A stretch of DNA of 64,000 nucleotides from Coniocarpon cinnabarinum (GCA_051942205.1 JAVECO010000103.1:1-64000), one strand, 5' to 3'. Shown: positions 16,529 to 30,834, numbered from the stretch's first letter. Translations and numbers: made by a program. The notes: a model not told the origin generated them from the sequence alone.

Positions 16529-19500
16529 TCACTCCAACCCAATACTCGGCACGAAATAAGCACTCTTCGGCACTTTTAAACTCCATCCCCGTTTCTTCTT
16601 CCCTTTATCCCTCTCCGTCCCCTTCTCCTTTTCTCTATCCTTATCCTTCACCCTATTGTCTTTACTATGACGATGGTGATGGAAATGATGATGCCTACCA
16701 TGTTCCTTGAGACTCTTCGCCGGGCTCTTAGCGGGGCTTTTGCCATTCCCACCAGGACTCTTGCTGGAGCCTTCGAGTTGCTCAACCAACGGCACAAGAT
16801 GATCAGCCGTATGCTCCAGACTCCCGCGTCGACTGTATCCCGTCAACATTGCCGTCGGCGACGCCCGACTACTGTTCGATCTTCTAATCTTCTGCAACGC
16901 CGTCGCACTCGTCGGGAGAGGAGGCGGCGGTGTTCGCGCACTCTGATACCGTTTCGACGGCAGTCTCTCCGGAATAGCACTAAACGTGCTGTCACCACTC
17001 CAGCGAGATCCCGGGATCTCACTCCAGTTACTAATCGGCGGTGTGGGATCCGGCGTCTTGGCGACACTGACATAGCCCGGTCCCATGCCTGCGATGCTTT
17101 CACCGACGAGTCTACCCGCAGAGTGAAAACTAGCGCTTGATTCTCCCGTGTCCGTTCGATTGATACTTCTCGGTCGAGCCGTGGGAGTTGTGATTTTCTC
17201 GCTCGTGCTACGGAGGAGGGGCGGACTCGTGTAAGAGGCTCCAGTCGGGCCTTCGACGACGACCTTTTCGCTGTCGGCGCGCCGAAGATCTTTGAGCGGC
17301 GTGACATGCGGCTCGGACATGCTCCGGTTCGAGAGGATGCTCGGCGGTGCAGCTTTGAGCTTCGCGACGGCCGTGTCGAGACGGGGGAGTTCGGCGCCGG
17401 TGCCGCGACGGACCGTGATGTGCATATCTGAGGAGGAGCCTTGTCTGCTCAGCGACAATTCAGGCGCAGCAGGCGTGGAACAGCCGGATGTAGGCGATGA
17501 CGGCGCCGAAGTGAGCGGGGCATAAATCGCAGTCTGGCGCTTGTCGGAGGTCTCAGACGGAGACTCGTGCTTCGGCAAAGGAGCAGATTGCGCGAGATGC
17601 GATGCATCCAGCGTATCTGGCAAAAAGAAAGGCGATTCATGAGCGCCCATCGCTGGCGTGGGAGGCGTGGGCAAAGCAAAGGTGGCTTTGAAGTTCGGCA
17701 GCGGCGGGATAGGCGGACGATCTTCGTCAGAGATCGGTCGCTGAGGACGCGCTGGCGCCGTGTTGGGCGTTGCAGGCCTCTTCCCAAGAGTGATGGGATT
17801 GGGCAATTGCGGCAACGGTTTCATGGAGATTTGACGAGCGAGCTTCGGGGTGGGAGAGACTTCTGGTATTGACCCAGGAGTTGAAGGAAGATGTATGGCG
17901 GACTGCGGGCCTGAAGATGAATTGGAGGGAGAGCCGTGTGGAGATTGTGACGAGCGGTTGAACTGTGCGTTGGACAATGTCTGCGGTGCAGCGCTCTGTA
18001 ATGAATTCGCAGAAGACTTGAGGATGGACTTGCGGGGCTTGGCTGATGAAGATGGGGGTGGCGTGTTGTTGATCACCTCATTGACGATGGAGGCATGGAG
18101 CACTTCTTTCGAGCTGTATTTTGACAGTGCACGAGCTTCAGCCTGCAAGAGTTTCTTTGAGCTCGATCGCGATCTATCCAGCGCAAGCTCCGACGGATTT
18201 GGAACGGGTTTGCGACGTGAGAATGACGGTCGAGGTAAGTGAAATGTGGCCATTGAGCGTGGCAGTGGACCAGGACGCTTGGGAAGTATGAAGATAGGCA
18301 AGTCAGGCGGGCGTTCGTTTTGCTCAGAAGCATCAGACACGATGTTCGTCGATACGGGCGACTCAAAACGGACTGTGGCGGCAGTGTTCTCGCTCGCAGC
18401 CCGCTTGTGGGTATGAGAAAATTCGTCTGGAGTCACTGGTTGATCATCATCATCATCAGTGTTAAACGCCACGTTGGGCTCGCTCGCGGCTCTCGGCCTG
18501 GCACTGATAGGAGTGTTAGGAGATGACGTCGGGCTTTGTGGAGCCTCTGTGAATGGAGTGACAAATGGCGGCGTCTCAAAGGAAGACATCTCAGGATCAG
18601 GTGTTTGTGCTCGGGGTGTGGTATTGGTAGAGGCTTCTTCTGACGCCGTCTTGTCCTCTTGTACCTCCGTGGGGACAGCACTAGTTTCAACGTCATCTTC
18701 GCTGTCCTCGCTATCGGATAGATCCGACCCATCGTCGAAGAAGGATAAACCATCCTCGCAACGGATCACCGAATGATTGCGTCCGTTGCCCGGATACTCA
18801 TGCTCTGGATGCTCTTGGTCGCGGGCTGACTTGCCAATTTCCGTGTTGCATGGATGATGGACTTGCGTCTCCTCCAAAAAGGGCCAATTCTCCGGGACTG
18901 GTGGGCTAGAAGAGGATGCGCCTTCTTGCTGCGATTGAATCGGAGATGGATTCCGCGTCTGCTCTTCATCTGAGACATATTGATCATTGCCGACTTGCTC
19001 CGGTTGAAGCTGTTGGATGTCTGAACCACCAACAGCAAAAGGCCAGGATTCAGCAGACTCGTACGAGCCTGACGTGTTCGTCGTATCCTGCTCAACGTCA
19101 TCTTCATCATCGGTTTCGGGATCCACAGTTGACGTTGACTGGTTGCCGACTTGATAAAACCCGTTTGATTCGTGGCCGGTCTCAACAGCAGTGTTCACTT
19201 CCATCACTTCATTGCGATACTCAGGCCATCCCTCGTAGCGCACCAAATCGTCCAATGAGCTAATTGTGCACTCGCCAAGCTCAAGCTGCTCGAGTGAATT
19301 TATCGTGGCGTAATCTCCATTATCTGAAACTGGAGATTGTGCAAGCCTCAAGAATTGAGCTGGAGGGGTCAAAAACTTGTCCTGATAGGTCGCCTCTGTG
19401 GACAAAGTCCCAAAAGACTCTGGTGCTTGCGACGCTTGTTTGAATTGAGCTTGACGGTCAGGCGAACCAGGCTCAGACGTACCAGGGCTACCCGTGGCTG

Positions 19501-22082
19501 ACCGCTGTCCTGTGCTGCTTTGTCTGGAATGATGTGGAATTCCCTCAAACATTCTGCAGTTAAGAGGCGACGTTCCAGTGTCACGAAGTTCATCCGTGTG
19601 AGCGGACGCATCAATTGGGCTTGATCTGTTTGAGCTGCCTTCCTCTGAGCAAGCACAATCAGTGAGGACGCGAGATTGATGTGCCCGGTGGAGCCTATCA
19701 GAAAGCCGTTTCGAGAGGTTTCGATGCCGCTCAATCGGATGCTGAGGCAATTTCCCAAACGAAGGCGCTCTCTCCTCATACACAATGACTACTGCTCGTT
19801 GAAGGAACTCGAATCTGACCTTGGGGTTGACAGCTGATGGCCATGCATTCCACCCAGATTCTCTAGCGATCTCGAAGGCAAGCGGCTCGGTATTTGAAGC
19901 AGGAATGGCGAGATCAAGAACAACGTCGGGACCGAGGCTAAGCAGATAGGCGGCCCACTCTTGGAGGCAGCGTTCAGCGGAATCATTGTCACCGAGTTTG
20001 ACACGATGACCTGCGAAAACTCCAAAGATGCGGGCTTGCGATACACGATCGGCTTTGGGGCAAGTAAAAATAGGTATCAGAAGCGAACGCAGACAGTACC
20101 ATAGTTCGAGCATGTCGTACAATTCCTCTGGCGATAAGCCAGCTTGGCCGTTGCCAGAGCCAAACGAAAGATTCGCGTTGCCATGACCACCAGTGAGCCA
20201 GTCAATCTGATCGACAATGTTGCCCTCCCAGCCGCTATGGCCACCGAACAGTTTACAAAAGCTCCAGATCCGCCACAGTGCCGAGTCGACTCGTAAACGG
20301 CGTTTCCAGCTGCGACCTCGCAGTCCATCAATCGTGTCAACTCGCAGAAGCGAGCGGCATCGTACTAGGATTAAGGATTTCACTGCTGCCAACACGTAAG
20401 CATCTCGTTTAATGGATTTCAGATAGGATTTTGCCGTTTTATCGGAGTAGAAGTCTACAAAGTAACTGTTGAGGCCTACCTCTTGCGCCTCGGCAGCGGC
20501 GGGCTTCGCCAGCGCAAAGACGTTTTTAATGAGTGCTGGTTCATTTCGCTTGTATACACCATAGAAACCTTTGTTGATGAGAGCACAGTGGAAAAGATCT
20601 TCAATGGTATCGATGGAGGAGAGGATGGCAAGGATTACGGCTTCAGCGGCATCGTTGCTGATCGGGGCTTCGGTATCCTTAAAGGCAGCAGAGGCTTCGG
20701 GCGACACGGCTAGAGACAACTCGTTGATTGACTTGGCTTCGACACAGGCATCCGCACTGGCGCGTGGTGCTGGACCTAGTCCACTTTCGTTCGGCATGCG
20801 TTTATAGGAACGCGCTGGGAGCGCAGGTGCAGACGCTTCTACGGACGCTGGTTTGGCTGCTGAGCGACCTGGATGGAATGGCAACGCACCAGGAGTTGCG
20901 ATCTCTCCGAGATGAAGTTCCTGGCTTTTGAAAAACAGCCGGTCTTCATCGAAAATGCCTTCAATGGCTGGGTCTGCAATATCAAAGTATCGATTCCCCG
21001 CAGGTGAAGGCCCATCGGCGGGTGTTTGAGCTTCGCTGAAGCTGCTTTGCGAGGCGCCGCTCTCGTAACAAGAAAGCGGGGACTGTGCGTCCGGCGAACT
21101 CGTATCTGAATGATCTGACGCCAGCCCTGGTGGAGTGGTGCTGCCTTCCTTTGAGCTTCCGTAAGAAGAACGCTCGAGAGGATGCACAGGTCTCGAGGGT
21201 CGATGTTGAAGACGAACGGCGTTGCATACGTCTTCGGGTCGAGGGGAAGATGCCGTGAAAGGAATGGCAATTCGCATCCCAGGTCGCCGTGTTCTGCGCA
21301 GTGAGGAACGTCGCGGAACCGTAAATTGAGCACCAGAAGGTTGGTGTGCAGCTTCCGTCAAGTATTGTGAGATGACAGATTCCGGCAGCCACAGAGTTTG
21401 TCCGTCTTTCATTACTGGTATCATGTTCCCAGATGACCCATGGGCGCAGCTGGCAGCGAGTGTCTCGTGGCGCTCGCCGTCAACATCTGACAGGACTTTT
21501 TGCGTGGCCTCTGCTCTCATCTGGCTCTCAGAAGGGAGAGGCGCCCCCTCAGGGACGCTGTGCAGGGTTGAGCCAGTGCTTTCGACAGAGGTGGTCCTGC
21601 GCTTGCGACTAAAGATTGACGAGCGTGAGGAAGAAGTCGCGGAGGAGGAAGAGGAGGTGGAAGACGAGCGACGATTTCGCAGAAAGGAGGCGCTGCGCTT
21701 GGGGGCAGTGGCCGGTGGAGAGCGTGAGTGCGGGGACCGGGGACGGGCGCTGTTGCCTTGGGCACTTGGAAAGTTGTCCTTGTTGTTCAAAGAGGTTGCG
21801 CCACGCGTTTGGGGGTTTGTGCCAATTCCGGTGAAGAGACAGCTGTTATTGGCAGTTGAGTCAGCAAAAAGAGGATAGGTTGCAGGGAATGGGGCGCACG
21901 CGCAGACAGACGGCAGGCGCGGGCCGAAAATAGGTCACTCACATCAAGTTGTTCCAGTAGTCAGAACTACGCGGATTGTGGACAGACGCTGTCGACTTGC
22001 CGGACGTCGTCGAGCTCTTGGTCCCCGACCTCTTCAACGTTTTCGTGTCACCAAACGGCAAGGACGTCTGTGATGACTCCAT
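16529..22082 (-). CDS. Large (~1,800 aa) uncharacterised protein: central helical globular domain flanked by long S/P-rich and acidic disordered regions; intron 21843-21942
   Basis: 5.2-kb uninterrupted frame. Upstream exon from ATG 22082 (MESSQTSLPFG...DYWNNL) joins in frame through GTGAGT..GCTGAC..CAG. Core AEAVILAILSSIDTIEDLFHCALINKGFYGVYKRNE...RVDSALWRIWSFCKLFG...LSPEELYDMLELWYCL. Confidence 0.85.
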
Positions 22083-22809
22083 GCTTGTGTGCCCGTGCTG
22101 CCAAAGTCCCAAAGCCTGCAGTGCGCTCTGCTTACGGCCTGAAGGTGTCTCGGTGTTGCCTTGCTGTTCGCCCTTGCCACTGAAACCGCAATGCTTTGAC
22201 TTACCCAAGTGAGCCGTCTGGAGTGCCCGAATATAGCAATGATGGCGTCCGTCTCAGCCAGAGGGACCGCACGGAGGGCGTAAAGCCGCACGCTGCCCAC
22301 AAAGACGGCAAGCGAGCGTAGTCACCACAAGTGACGGAGAGAGAACTCCAAAATCAAAATGAATGACTTCTTGGGTGGGCAAAAGTGTTTGGGGAAAATG
22401 ATAGGTGTGGGGGAGGGTCAAGCAGGCGAGTCGGGACTACCTAAGAGGCATGGAAGGCAGAAAGACGAAACAGACCAGACCAGAGCATGCTGACTACCTC
22501 AGCACAAGAGCTCGGCTCATGGGTTTGCAGCGTCGTGGTAGCAGCGGCCATGGCATTGAGCACTGGACGATCACACGCATCTGGCGCGCCTCGTGAGTCG
22601 TGGGCGGCGGGGTTCAGAGCAGACGTTTGGAAGAGTGTGCAGGTTGATGTGACCCTCGGACCCTGGGCAGGCGTAGCAGGAAATTCCTTAGCGGCGTTGA
22701 ATGCATGCACCGCGGTCCTGACACATGACGAGCGCCGGTAGTATAGGTAGCGTACAGTACCTGATCTTGAGGCCCGTGACGGCGTGGAGATTCTGCAGGC
22801 GTGGATAGG

Positions 22810-22843
22810 TACTGGATACTGGATACTGGATACTGGATACTGG
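22810..22843. repeat. 7-bp tandem repeat (TACTGGA)x4.9
   Basis: Perfect heptamer tandem in intergenic DNA. Confidence 0.85.
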
Positions 22844-23777
22844 CGCACTCTGGCATCTTCCGCCTCAACCGTACGCCAGCCCGGATCGGGCCAAGCGCAG
22901 CGCGTCTACATCTCGCGCTAAGGCGGTGTTGCGGAGGGGTCAGCGCCTGTCATCGATGCTCCTCGGCTCCATGTCGGTCTGTGAGGTGTCTGCTGTGCCC
23001 CACTCCACCGTTTGGCTTCACTACGGAGTACCTTATCGTTTCCAATAACGCGAGCTTCACCTCCGGCGCCGTCTTGCTGCGATCCACTGTCTACCCCGCA
23101 TGTCATATCACACCACTCAAGCTCTGCCCTTCAACGCGTCCGGCTTTGTATGCGTGCTGTCAAACGTCCGAGGAGTGCTGCTTCGATTGTCTGCAATATC
23201 CGCGCCACGAACCCACAGCCTTTGCCGCCGACTTCGCCCTCCCGAGGTCTTTGGCTATGGGTGCATCGGTCACCTCCATCGATTCAACTTTTGCTGCGAC
23301 ACCACCATTCCACCTGTCAGTCCCCAGCAAACAGAAAGTCATCAAACCCATGCTCCCCCGTTCTTCATCCTTCTGCCTTGCTCGATGCAGCTTTGCCTCA
23401 GGCGCCCCCATGCCGCGACGCTGCTAGCAGCCTGTCCACCAGCGCATTCCACCATGTTCTGGATCTGGCGTCAAAGGTAGCTTTTTTCCTCTGCAGGGCT
23501 GACGATGCAGGGTCCCGTCTGTTCTGGCCGCCGGCCAGGAACGCGCTACCTATACACGTATACCTGAATAGGGTAATTTTTCCACGGCCTTTCTGCTCGG
23601 CCAAGGGTCTCGAAGTTCTCAGGCCTCGTAATGATCCTTTTCATGAGAACACGTACATCTGCATGTCATCTGGACCGCTGCAAAAGTCAGCAGAGCGCTG
23701 CACAGGGAGAAGCAATCGCCCCTGCCTCGATACCGTATAGGACCTAATGCATAATCTGGGCGGCCCGTCTCGGCGCT

Positions 23778-25085
23778 TCAAAGCTGCGCCTTGGGCCTGT
23801 CCTCCAGGTCGCGCAGCTCTCGGTGAGGATACGCTTTCTCGTGAGCCCCCCTGCCTTTAAACGCAGTCCGCTTCCAGGCCCAGTGCTCGTCCTTCTCTGC
23901 GCCATTGCTCGTACCGTTGAGCACATTTGTCACGTACTTGCCGATGATGGGCAGGAACTTGTAACTATGAAAAGAGCCCCCAACTGCGAAATACAGATTG
24001 GCCAGCCGGTTGTCTGGATGGCGGCAGATTAGATGATCTTGAGAGGGACTGACGGCATCCCAGCATAGGCGCCAGTAATTGACTGGACGACTGGTCAGTT
24101 GAGGAAACAGCCTCTTTGACATGATTTCAATTGTTTCGGCTTTGAGCTTCTCTGGTACAAGGCGTTGATCACGCTCGGGTGGCACGGAGATTTTATGTCC
24201 GCCTGATGTCGTTACCGTATTGGTGAAAGAATTGGCATTCGTTAACTTCAACAAGTTGTTACGCGGTGGCGGCGGTTGAGCATCGCCATTCTCGCCGTAT
24301 ATAACCACCGGCATGTCTTTCAGAAGATGCAGCTCTGTGGGATGCATCAGGTAATGTGCTACGCACACGCCAGCAGCTGTGACTTGTTGCTCCATCCGAC
24401 CAGATTCTTCGATCCCCAGCTCGTCTTCCACGGTCGTCAACAGGCTACTGGTCCAAGCCCCCGTTGCAAGAAGGATTTTGTCAGCAGTCAGACGCTCACC
24501 GTTTCGCAGCTGAACACCAGCAACACGGTTATCATTACCCAAGACGAGCTGGGAAACATCGCCCTGGACATAGGAGACTCCGCGCTCTGTAGCGGCTTTC
24601 ATAAGTTCAGCTGTTGCAAGCCCGGCGTCGCACCATCCTGCTTCTGGGTTAAGATATGCATCTTCAAAACCGTCCAAGTCCGTGTACTGAAGCAGACCGC
24701 CAAATTTCCTCCTGAGCTCGTCGATGCCGAGTGTAGACGTGGGATCTGATCCTCTATCACGAAAGTTTTTTCGGATACGGCTTGCCAGGTCGTCGCCATG
24801 CTCACGCATCGCTACCCAGCCAGTGCGATGAAAGAAGCCCTTGCCTGCTAACTCTGGCCACGACTGCCAAGCCTCCATAGCTTCAGTGGCCAAGTCCATG
24901 TAGAATCGGGTGGAATAGTCCTCGCGAACAATCTTGTTGATGTCCGTTGACGCTGCATGTTCGGGCGGAAAGGCGGTCCTGTCGACAACTACGACTGATG
25001 CATTTGAGCTTCTTGATAGGTGATATGCAGTGCTTGTGCCAAAAATCCCCGCACCAACGATAAGCACATTAGAGTGATGAGCCAT
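23778..25085 (-). CDS. FAD-dependent oxidoreductase, sarcosine oxidase / fructosyl-amino-acid oxidase / pipecolate oxidase family
   Basis: Rossmann VLIVGAGIFGTSTAYHL, AASTDINKIVREDY, LLATGAWT, RLCWDA, GGSFHSYKFLPIIG; intronless 435 aa. Confidence 0.92.
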   Translation of the reverse strand: MAHHSNVLIVGAGIFGTSTAYHLSRSSNASVVVVDRTAFPPEHAASTDINKIVREDYSTRFYMDLATEAMEAWQSWPELAGKGFFHRTGWVAMREHGDDLASRIRKNFRDRGSDPTSTLGIDELRRKFGGLLQYTDLDGFEDAYLNPEAGWCDAGLATAELMKAATERGVSYVQGDVSQLVLGNDNRVAGVQLRNGERLTADKILLATGAWTSSLLTTVEDELGIEESGRMEQQVTAAGVCVAHYLMHPTELHLLKDMPVVIYGENGDAQPPPPRNNLLKLTNANSFTNTVTTSGGHKISVPPERDQRLVPEKLKAETIEIMSKRLFPQLTSRPVNYWRLCWDAVSPSQDHLICRHPDNRLANLYFAVGGSFHSYKFLPIIGKYVTNVLNGTSNGAEKDEHWAWKRTAFKGRGAHEKAYPHRELRDLEDRPKAQL

Positions 25086-26451
25086 GTTGCGTTGCGCTCT
25101 AAGAAGTTTGAGCAGCGTTGACTACGTGACTTTGCCACTTCTCTCAAGCAAATCTTGCGTATATACTCGCGGCTGCACTCAACTCTGAGAGATGCATCAT
25201 GTCGTTTGTGAAGAATATTGGAGAAGCTGTGCCAGGTTCAACCCCACTTCGACACCCTAGCTCATGACCAGAAGTACCTGCTGGAGCTTCCTGCAATCTC
25301 TCTGGAGCTTTTCGCGAATGCCGTAGGCTTTGGGGAAGTGACTTTGCAGATACAAATTTGATTCCGTTCTAATGTCCCTTCTGCGATTTTATGTTGCGTG
25401 CTGTGATACGCTCCAGTTTCAGGCGAGCCTCGAAAACATGTTCGCAGGGTTTCCTGGACAATTCATACACAGAGTAGAGACGATCATTTTTCAGCTCAAT
25501 TTGAGGCTAAAAAGGATCGAGATTATAGAGTGTGTGAAGTTCTAGTACTAAGAGCTACGGTGTAGGGTGACCACATATTGTCTACGAAGCGCATTAGGTA
25601 GTCTCTGAATAGCACTCTCACTACATTTGGCACCAGTTGCGACTTGACCAAAACCGAAAATGATGCATTCATCTTTCTTCAATATGACCTGTGTGCAGAC
25701 GAACTTACCCTTGGACAAAGTTGTCTTAGTCATAACCAACAAAAATTTGCTGCAACGCTTGGGTCCGAGCATGATCAGCAGAATTCGACGATGCGCCCGT
25801 GTAGAACTTCACTTGTCCAAGCTTTCAGGCTTAGACGAATGGGCTGCATTTTGGCAGCTCACAGGCGTTGCTCGTCAGACACAGCCATCAGCGAACAATG
25901 CATCGTTGAGAGAGAGACTTGTTCACAATTCCGCAAACAAGGGTGGGTTAGGAAGAGACTGGAATCAATTCTCTGAAGCTTGATTAGCTGGTCTGATGGC
26001 TGTATGCCTGATCCAATCGAATGTGCACATTCTGTGTCTGGTGGCTATGGTTTCGAAGACTAGGACAAATCGATTCTTAAGTGAGAAGACTGATATTGCC
26101 GAGCCTCAACGCTCGGTAGATGTTACCTTTCGCTAGTCTATGCGGGCCCAACGGGTTTGACTGGTCTGCTGAGACAATGCACTTTGAAGGCTGTAACTTT
26201 CTGACGGTGAAGCGTCCTAAGCGGTAGGCAGCACAAACAGAAGAGCTCGGAATGGACATTCTACCCGGGTGCCAATGAAGTGCGAAGGCGAAGGTGTCAG
26301 AGACGAAGCGCCTATACTAGGAAAGCTTGGTTGTCTCACAATCGCATAAACCATGGTTCGTTCCATTTCGCGCTGAACTTTTTTTAAACACTCAACTCAT
26401 TCCTGCACTTTGCGTCCCGTACTTCAGGTCCTTCTACAGTACAACGCATCC

Positions 26452-29400
26452 ATGTCCGAAAGCCAAAGCCAGGACGCTCAGGAGTATGAAGCGATGTGGG
26501 TGGCATTCTCGAACAGCATCACTCATCCGGTAAGTGGAGCACGAGTCAGGGGACGCGTTTCAGTCACGTCAGTCATCAATGATTCCCTCGTGCAAGGACT
26601 TTTCTTGATCTGCTTTCACAATCTTTTGCATACACTCTTGCGCATTTTGTGTGTATACACGTATATGTAGTTTAACGTCACTCATAACCTCCAGATCCAC
26701 GAGCACGAATCCTGTGTAGAGCACCAGGGCGCGCATCCTCCCCATGATCAAACACCAAGTCTGACCGGACCTTCCCTCGTAAATGCCTTCAGCACAGAGA
26801 GCAATCGGCGTCTACGGCAAGGCAGCGAGATGGAGATGGGTGACACGCAGTTGATGCCCTCTCAAGTGTACAGGGATTACTTGTTGGCGAATGCAAAGGC
26901 AATTGGCGCAGATCCAAAGCACGGCACCTATGCTACGGGCGATACTGGTTATGTCGACTTTGCGGACATTGGCGTCCCATCTTCGCGTGGGAGCAGCTTA
27001 AGCAGACATGACAGCTTGCAGCCTTCAGAAGGCGGAGGCTCAGAGCATGGAGACGCCCACAGCGAAACTGTCTCCCCCGAAATTCTTCGACATCCTGCTC
27101 ACACCCAAGAGCCGTCCAGGCCAAGCTCCCGGTTTGAAGCTGTCACACCTCTCGCTGGCAGAAAGCACGATCGTCAGGGTGAAGTCATCGACAGAGACTG
27201 CGATCATGAGCGAGCTGAAGATCTAGAAGCTTGCTTTGGTGGCGAAGCAGACCAACAAGCTGGAATGGGCATGACACAACTTTTCCACAACACCCAGGCC
27301 GGCTCGAACTCACCGGGATCTCCTGCTAACCTGCGCTCTGACCCTATTTTCGATCGGCCTTCGCCAACAATACTCAACGCGCCGCGATCAACGCCTCCAC
27401 AACCTTCGTCATCTCCAACTTCAGTCCGACAAGCCACGGCTGCCAAAACAGCTGCTGATCTGCGTGAGGAATACGTACCGGTAGGAGAATCTCAACGCCA
27501 GAGGAGCAAGCCGAAGGCGGGTAGCAACCCCTTTGATGACAATGAAGAGGATGACTGGGGTCAAGATTCGGAGGAGCGGCAGGCGGAGCGGCGGCGCAAG
27601 AGGAAGCTCATCGAGCAATCCGCTCGTCATCAATTTCAAGGTTTCACCGCGCCAACGCCAGTAAAGGTGGACAAACGGCGCAAAATTCTCGCCACTCAAA
27701 CTGTGATTGGCCTAGTTACTCCGCGCTGGAAGACCAATGGAAAAGAAGTGATAACAATATCGAGTGACCACAAGACACCCGGGGCCAATGCAGCTCACCC
27801 AGATGATAGCGATACGTCTGTGGACGAATACGACGAGCTTAGTCAGACCATTGTGCCAAGTCGTCATCAACTTCCTGACCAAGGTGCATCTGTAAAAGCT
27901 CTGTCACCTACCGGCACTGTGAACGCCCATCGACCAAATAGCAGTCCGGTACCTGGCAAATATGCGGCGTCCACGACCGCATTCCGGCGGCGTGAAGTGA
28001 ATGGAAATACTGAAGAGAGAGAGTCGCAGGCGTGGGAGCTTCATGAAAACAATAATCAATTCGAACATCAAGCTTGTGTCCGGGATTCTCAACCAGATCG
28101 AAGATCCTCACAAGTCAAGAACGCACGGAAACCTTTACTGCCATCATCAGTAACTTCTAGAGGATTCATATCACAGTCACAGCTTCCTCAATCAAGGGAT
28201 AATCATCAGTATACTGACAAAGTTGTGAGCGGCGCAGGACTTATACTAGAGACATCGTCGATCCCACCGCCTCCATCAACACCGGGCTCCAGTCCGCCTC
28301 GTGCCCCAGATATTGAACGTTATGATACGGCTATCCGCAGTCCCGATCTTACACACAACAAGACCGTTCGTCCGCATCAATGTCTCAATTCTGAACCAGC
28401 TACAGAGGCAGCCGAGCCGCATGATGTTACACAGCCGGCTGTGTCAGCAAACAAAGAGGAACAAAAGTCTGGAGACATGTACAAACCAGGAATTTCTCGC
28501 CAGCCTTTGATCAACATCCCAGAGACTAGCCCAATGAATCGCCCTTTGCCACATGATGACTCTGCAGTGATTGCAGAAAGACCGCCTTCGACGGATGTAG
28601 AAAGCAGACGCAGCTGGCAACATTCAACGCATCCTATCGATGGTACTGATGTAGAACAATCAGGGTTAGTAGACGACTTCCAGACTGCGCGCTCTACAGC
28701 GGGACAGTTGCCTGCTACCTCGACGCCGCAAACGACGCCGCGCAAGATCGCTTCATTGACACCTTCAAGCATTCATCGACCTGGTGTGCGGAAGATGGTG
28801 GACATCGCAGGGACAGCAACGCCCGCAAGAGCCTCAAACCCTTTGGAGATGCAGGACTTATCAATTCTCAATGGCGACGACCAAGCTTATCATAGTGCCA
28901 TGTCAGCTCCATCTGACCAAAACCTGGATTCAAAGAGGATGAGATTCACAAAGAGAAAACAATTATCCTGTAAGGCCTCCCGTGATGCCATTGTCAACGA
29001 GCCCTCTACCAAATCCTCGTCCCTCTGCAACGCCGCTTATGGCTCGAAGCAAAGCTCTGAATCCCAAGAAGGCGCTGGGAGCTTCGTGAAGAAAAATGAT
29101 GGTACGACTGCGGCCTCTGGACACACAGTCAATACAGAACACTCTGTCGCTGCCTTCGCAGGTGAGCGCTCAGGTGCATGCAATGCTCGAAGCCAGTCGG
29201 CCATCGTGTGCGCGCCAGAGAGCAACGAAAGGCGATCTCGTCCCTTCGCTCACGCGGACCATGTCCCGAATCCTAAGAGGTCGCCAGGGGCTGCGTTAAC
29301 AATTAAGCTTCCTGGAGATCATGTCAACCATGTCCCGACTTCAGAAAACCGGTGTCGGCAAGCGATGTTCCCAAACCGCCTGCTCGCAATTTTCAAAGGT

Positions 29401-30834
29401 CATGATCTTGCATACTACCCAGCAACGTTTCTGGGATACGCTGACTACACAACAAGTTCTTTGAAGGTGAGGTTCGATGATGGCAGTGAAAGTATTGTTG
29501 GAGGACACTTGGTGAAACGGCTTGAATTTAAAAATGGCGACCTCGTCAAAATCGATCTGCCTGGCAAGAAGAAGACAACTTACTCTGTTCAAGCTGTCCG
29601 CAACGAATTACGTGACGATGAGACTGCGCCCAGCGAGGGACACGGTACGGACATTTTTGGAAACACGAATCTGGTCGTTGTGCCGAAGCAGCGCGCTAGT
29701 CTTCCAACGGGTCCACGCACGGCGATCGTAGGAGAGATAAGCGTCAGCATTCAAGATATCTACCTCCCGCAGACTCTATGGTCAAATCTGAAACATCGAA
29801 CCTTTACTGCAGTTTCTAACGCCTCAGATAGTCGCTTACAGACACCCTCAGACCGCACTCAGACACCCAGTACGCCTTCATCTAGGACGCGGAGGGCTGC
29901 GCCAGTATTGCCAGCGCTTAATAACGCTCAAAAGGAAGCGATCTCGTTTCAACAGCAGTCGGGCGTTTTTTCAAGCATGGCATTTTGTTTGTCCTTTTCA
30001 GGCGAGCAAGATATCGACCGAGCCCACGTTGCAGACGAGATTGGTGCAAACGGAGGTTGTGTATTAGAGGAAGGGTTTGATCAACTCTTCGACCTCGTCA
30101 AGCCAAATAATGGATCTCCGCCGCCAACAGCAGGCCAGCTTTTGGCACCTGCGAGTTCACTCATTTTGAGCGAATCGGCGCGGGACCTTGGCTTCGTTGC
30201 ACTGATTACCGATCGGTATTCACGGCGCATCAAGTACATCCAGGCGCTGGCGCTCAATCTTCCATGTCTCCATTCCCGGTGGATCTCGGATAGCATTCAA
30301 TTTGGAAGCCCACAGCCAGTCTCGAAGTACCTCCTTCCCGCTGGTGAGAGCATGTTCCTGCAAGGGGCGGTGCGGTCTCGCACTCTAAACGGCCTAGACT
30401 TTGCATCGACCGCAGCGCTTAAGAATGCAAAGCTCAATCAGATGGTGCACAACCGGGTTCCGCTGCTCTTGAACCGCAAAGTGATGCTCATTGTAGGCAA
30501 CGGAAAGGTGGACGAGCGACGCAAAGTGTACCCCTTCCTGGCACGTGCTGCATACGCGGAGAAAACACACCGGGCGAAAGACATTCCGGCAGCCAAAGCA
30601 GTGCTCAAAGAAGACAGTGCATGGGACTATATTGTCGTTGAGGACGGACGTGTGCAGGAGGCCAACAAGAAGTTATTTGGAGGCAGCAATCGGAGTGTCA
30701 AGGCGAACTTCGAAAGCACAACCAGGCGGCAGTGTGCTGATGCCTCGCTCGGGCAGAAGCCCAGAGTCATCGGCGACGAAACAATACTGCAGAGTTTCAT
30801 CCAAGGCTCTTGGGCCATGGAGGACATGGCCTAG
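26452..30834 (+). CDS. RAD9: DNA damage checkpoint adaptor Rad9/Crb2 (53BP1-like); intron 26530-26670 (alternative in-frame acceptor at 26694)
   Basis: SQ/TQ-rich disordered N-terminus (MSESQSQ, GDTQLMPSQ, MTQLFHNTQ); tandem-Tudor-like block (AYYPATFLG...VRFDDG...GDLVKID); C-terminal BRCT (FSSMAFCLS...YSRRIKYIQALALNLPCLHSRWI...YLLPAGES). Confidence 0.85.

Noticed and set aside
22400..23740. 208-aa and 242-aa ORFs and tandem repeat as possible CRISPR-like array
   Set aside because: Composition typical of GC-rich non-coding DNA; the repeat is a spacer-less heptamer.
25548..26259. ORFs between the oxidase and RAD9
   Set aside because: Trial splicing hit stops; likely divergent promoter region.
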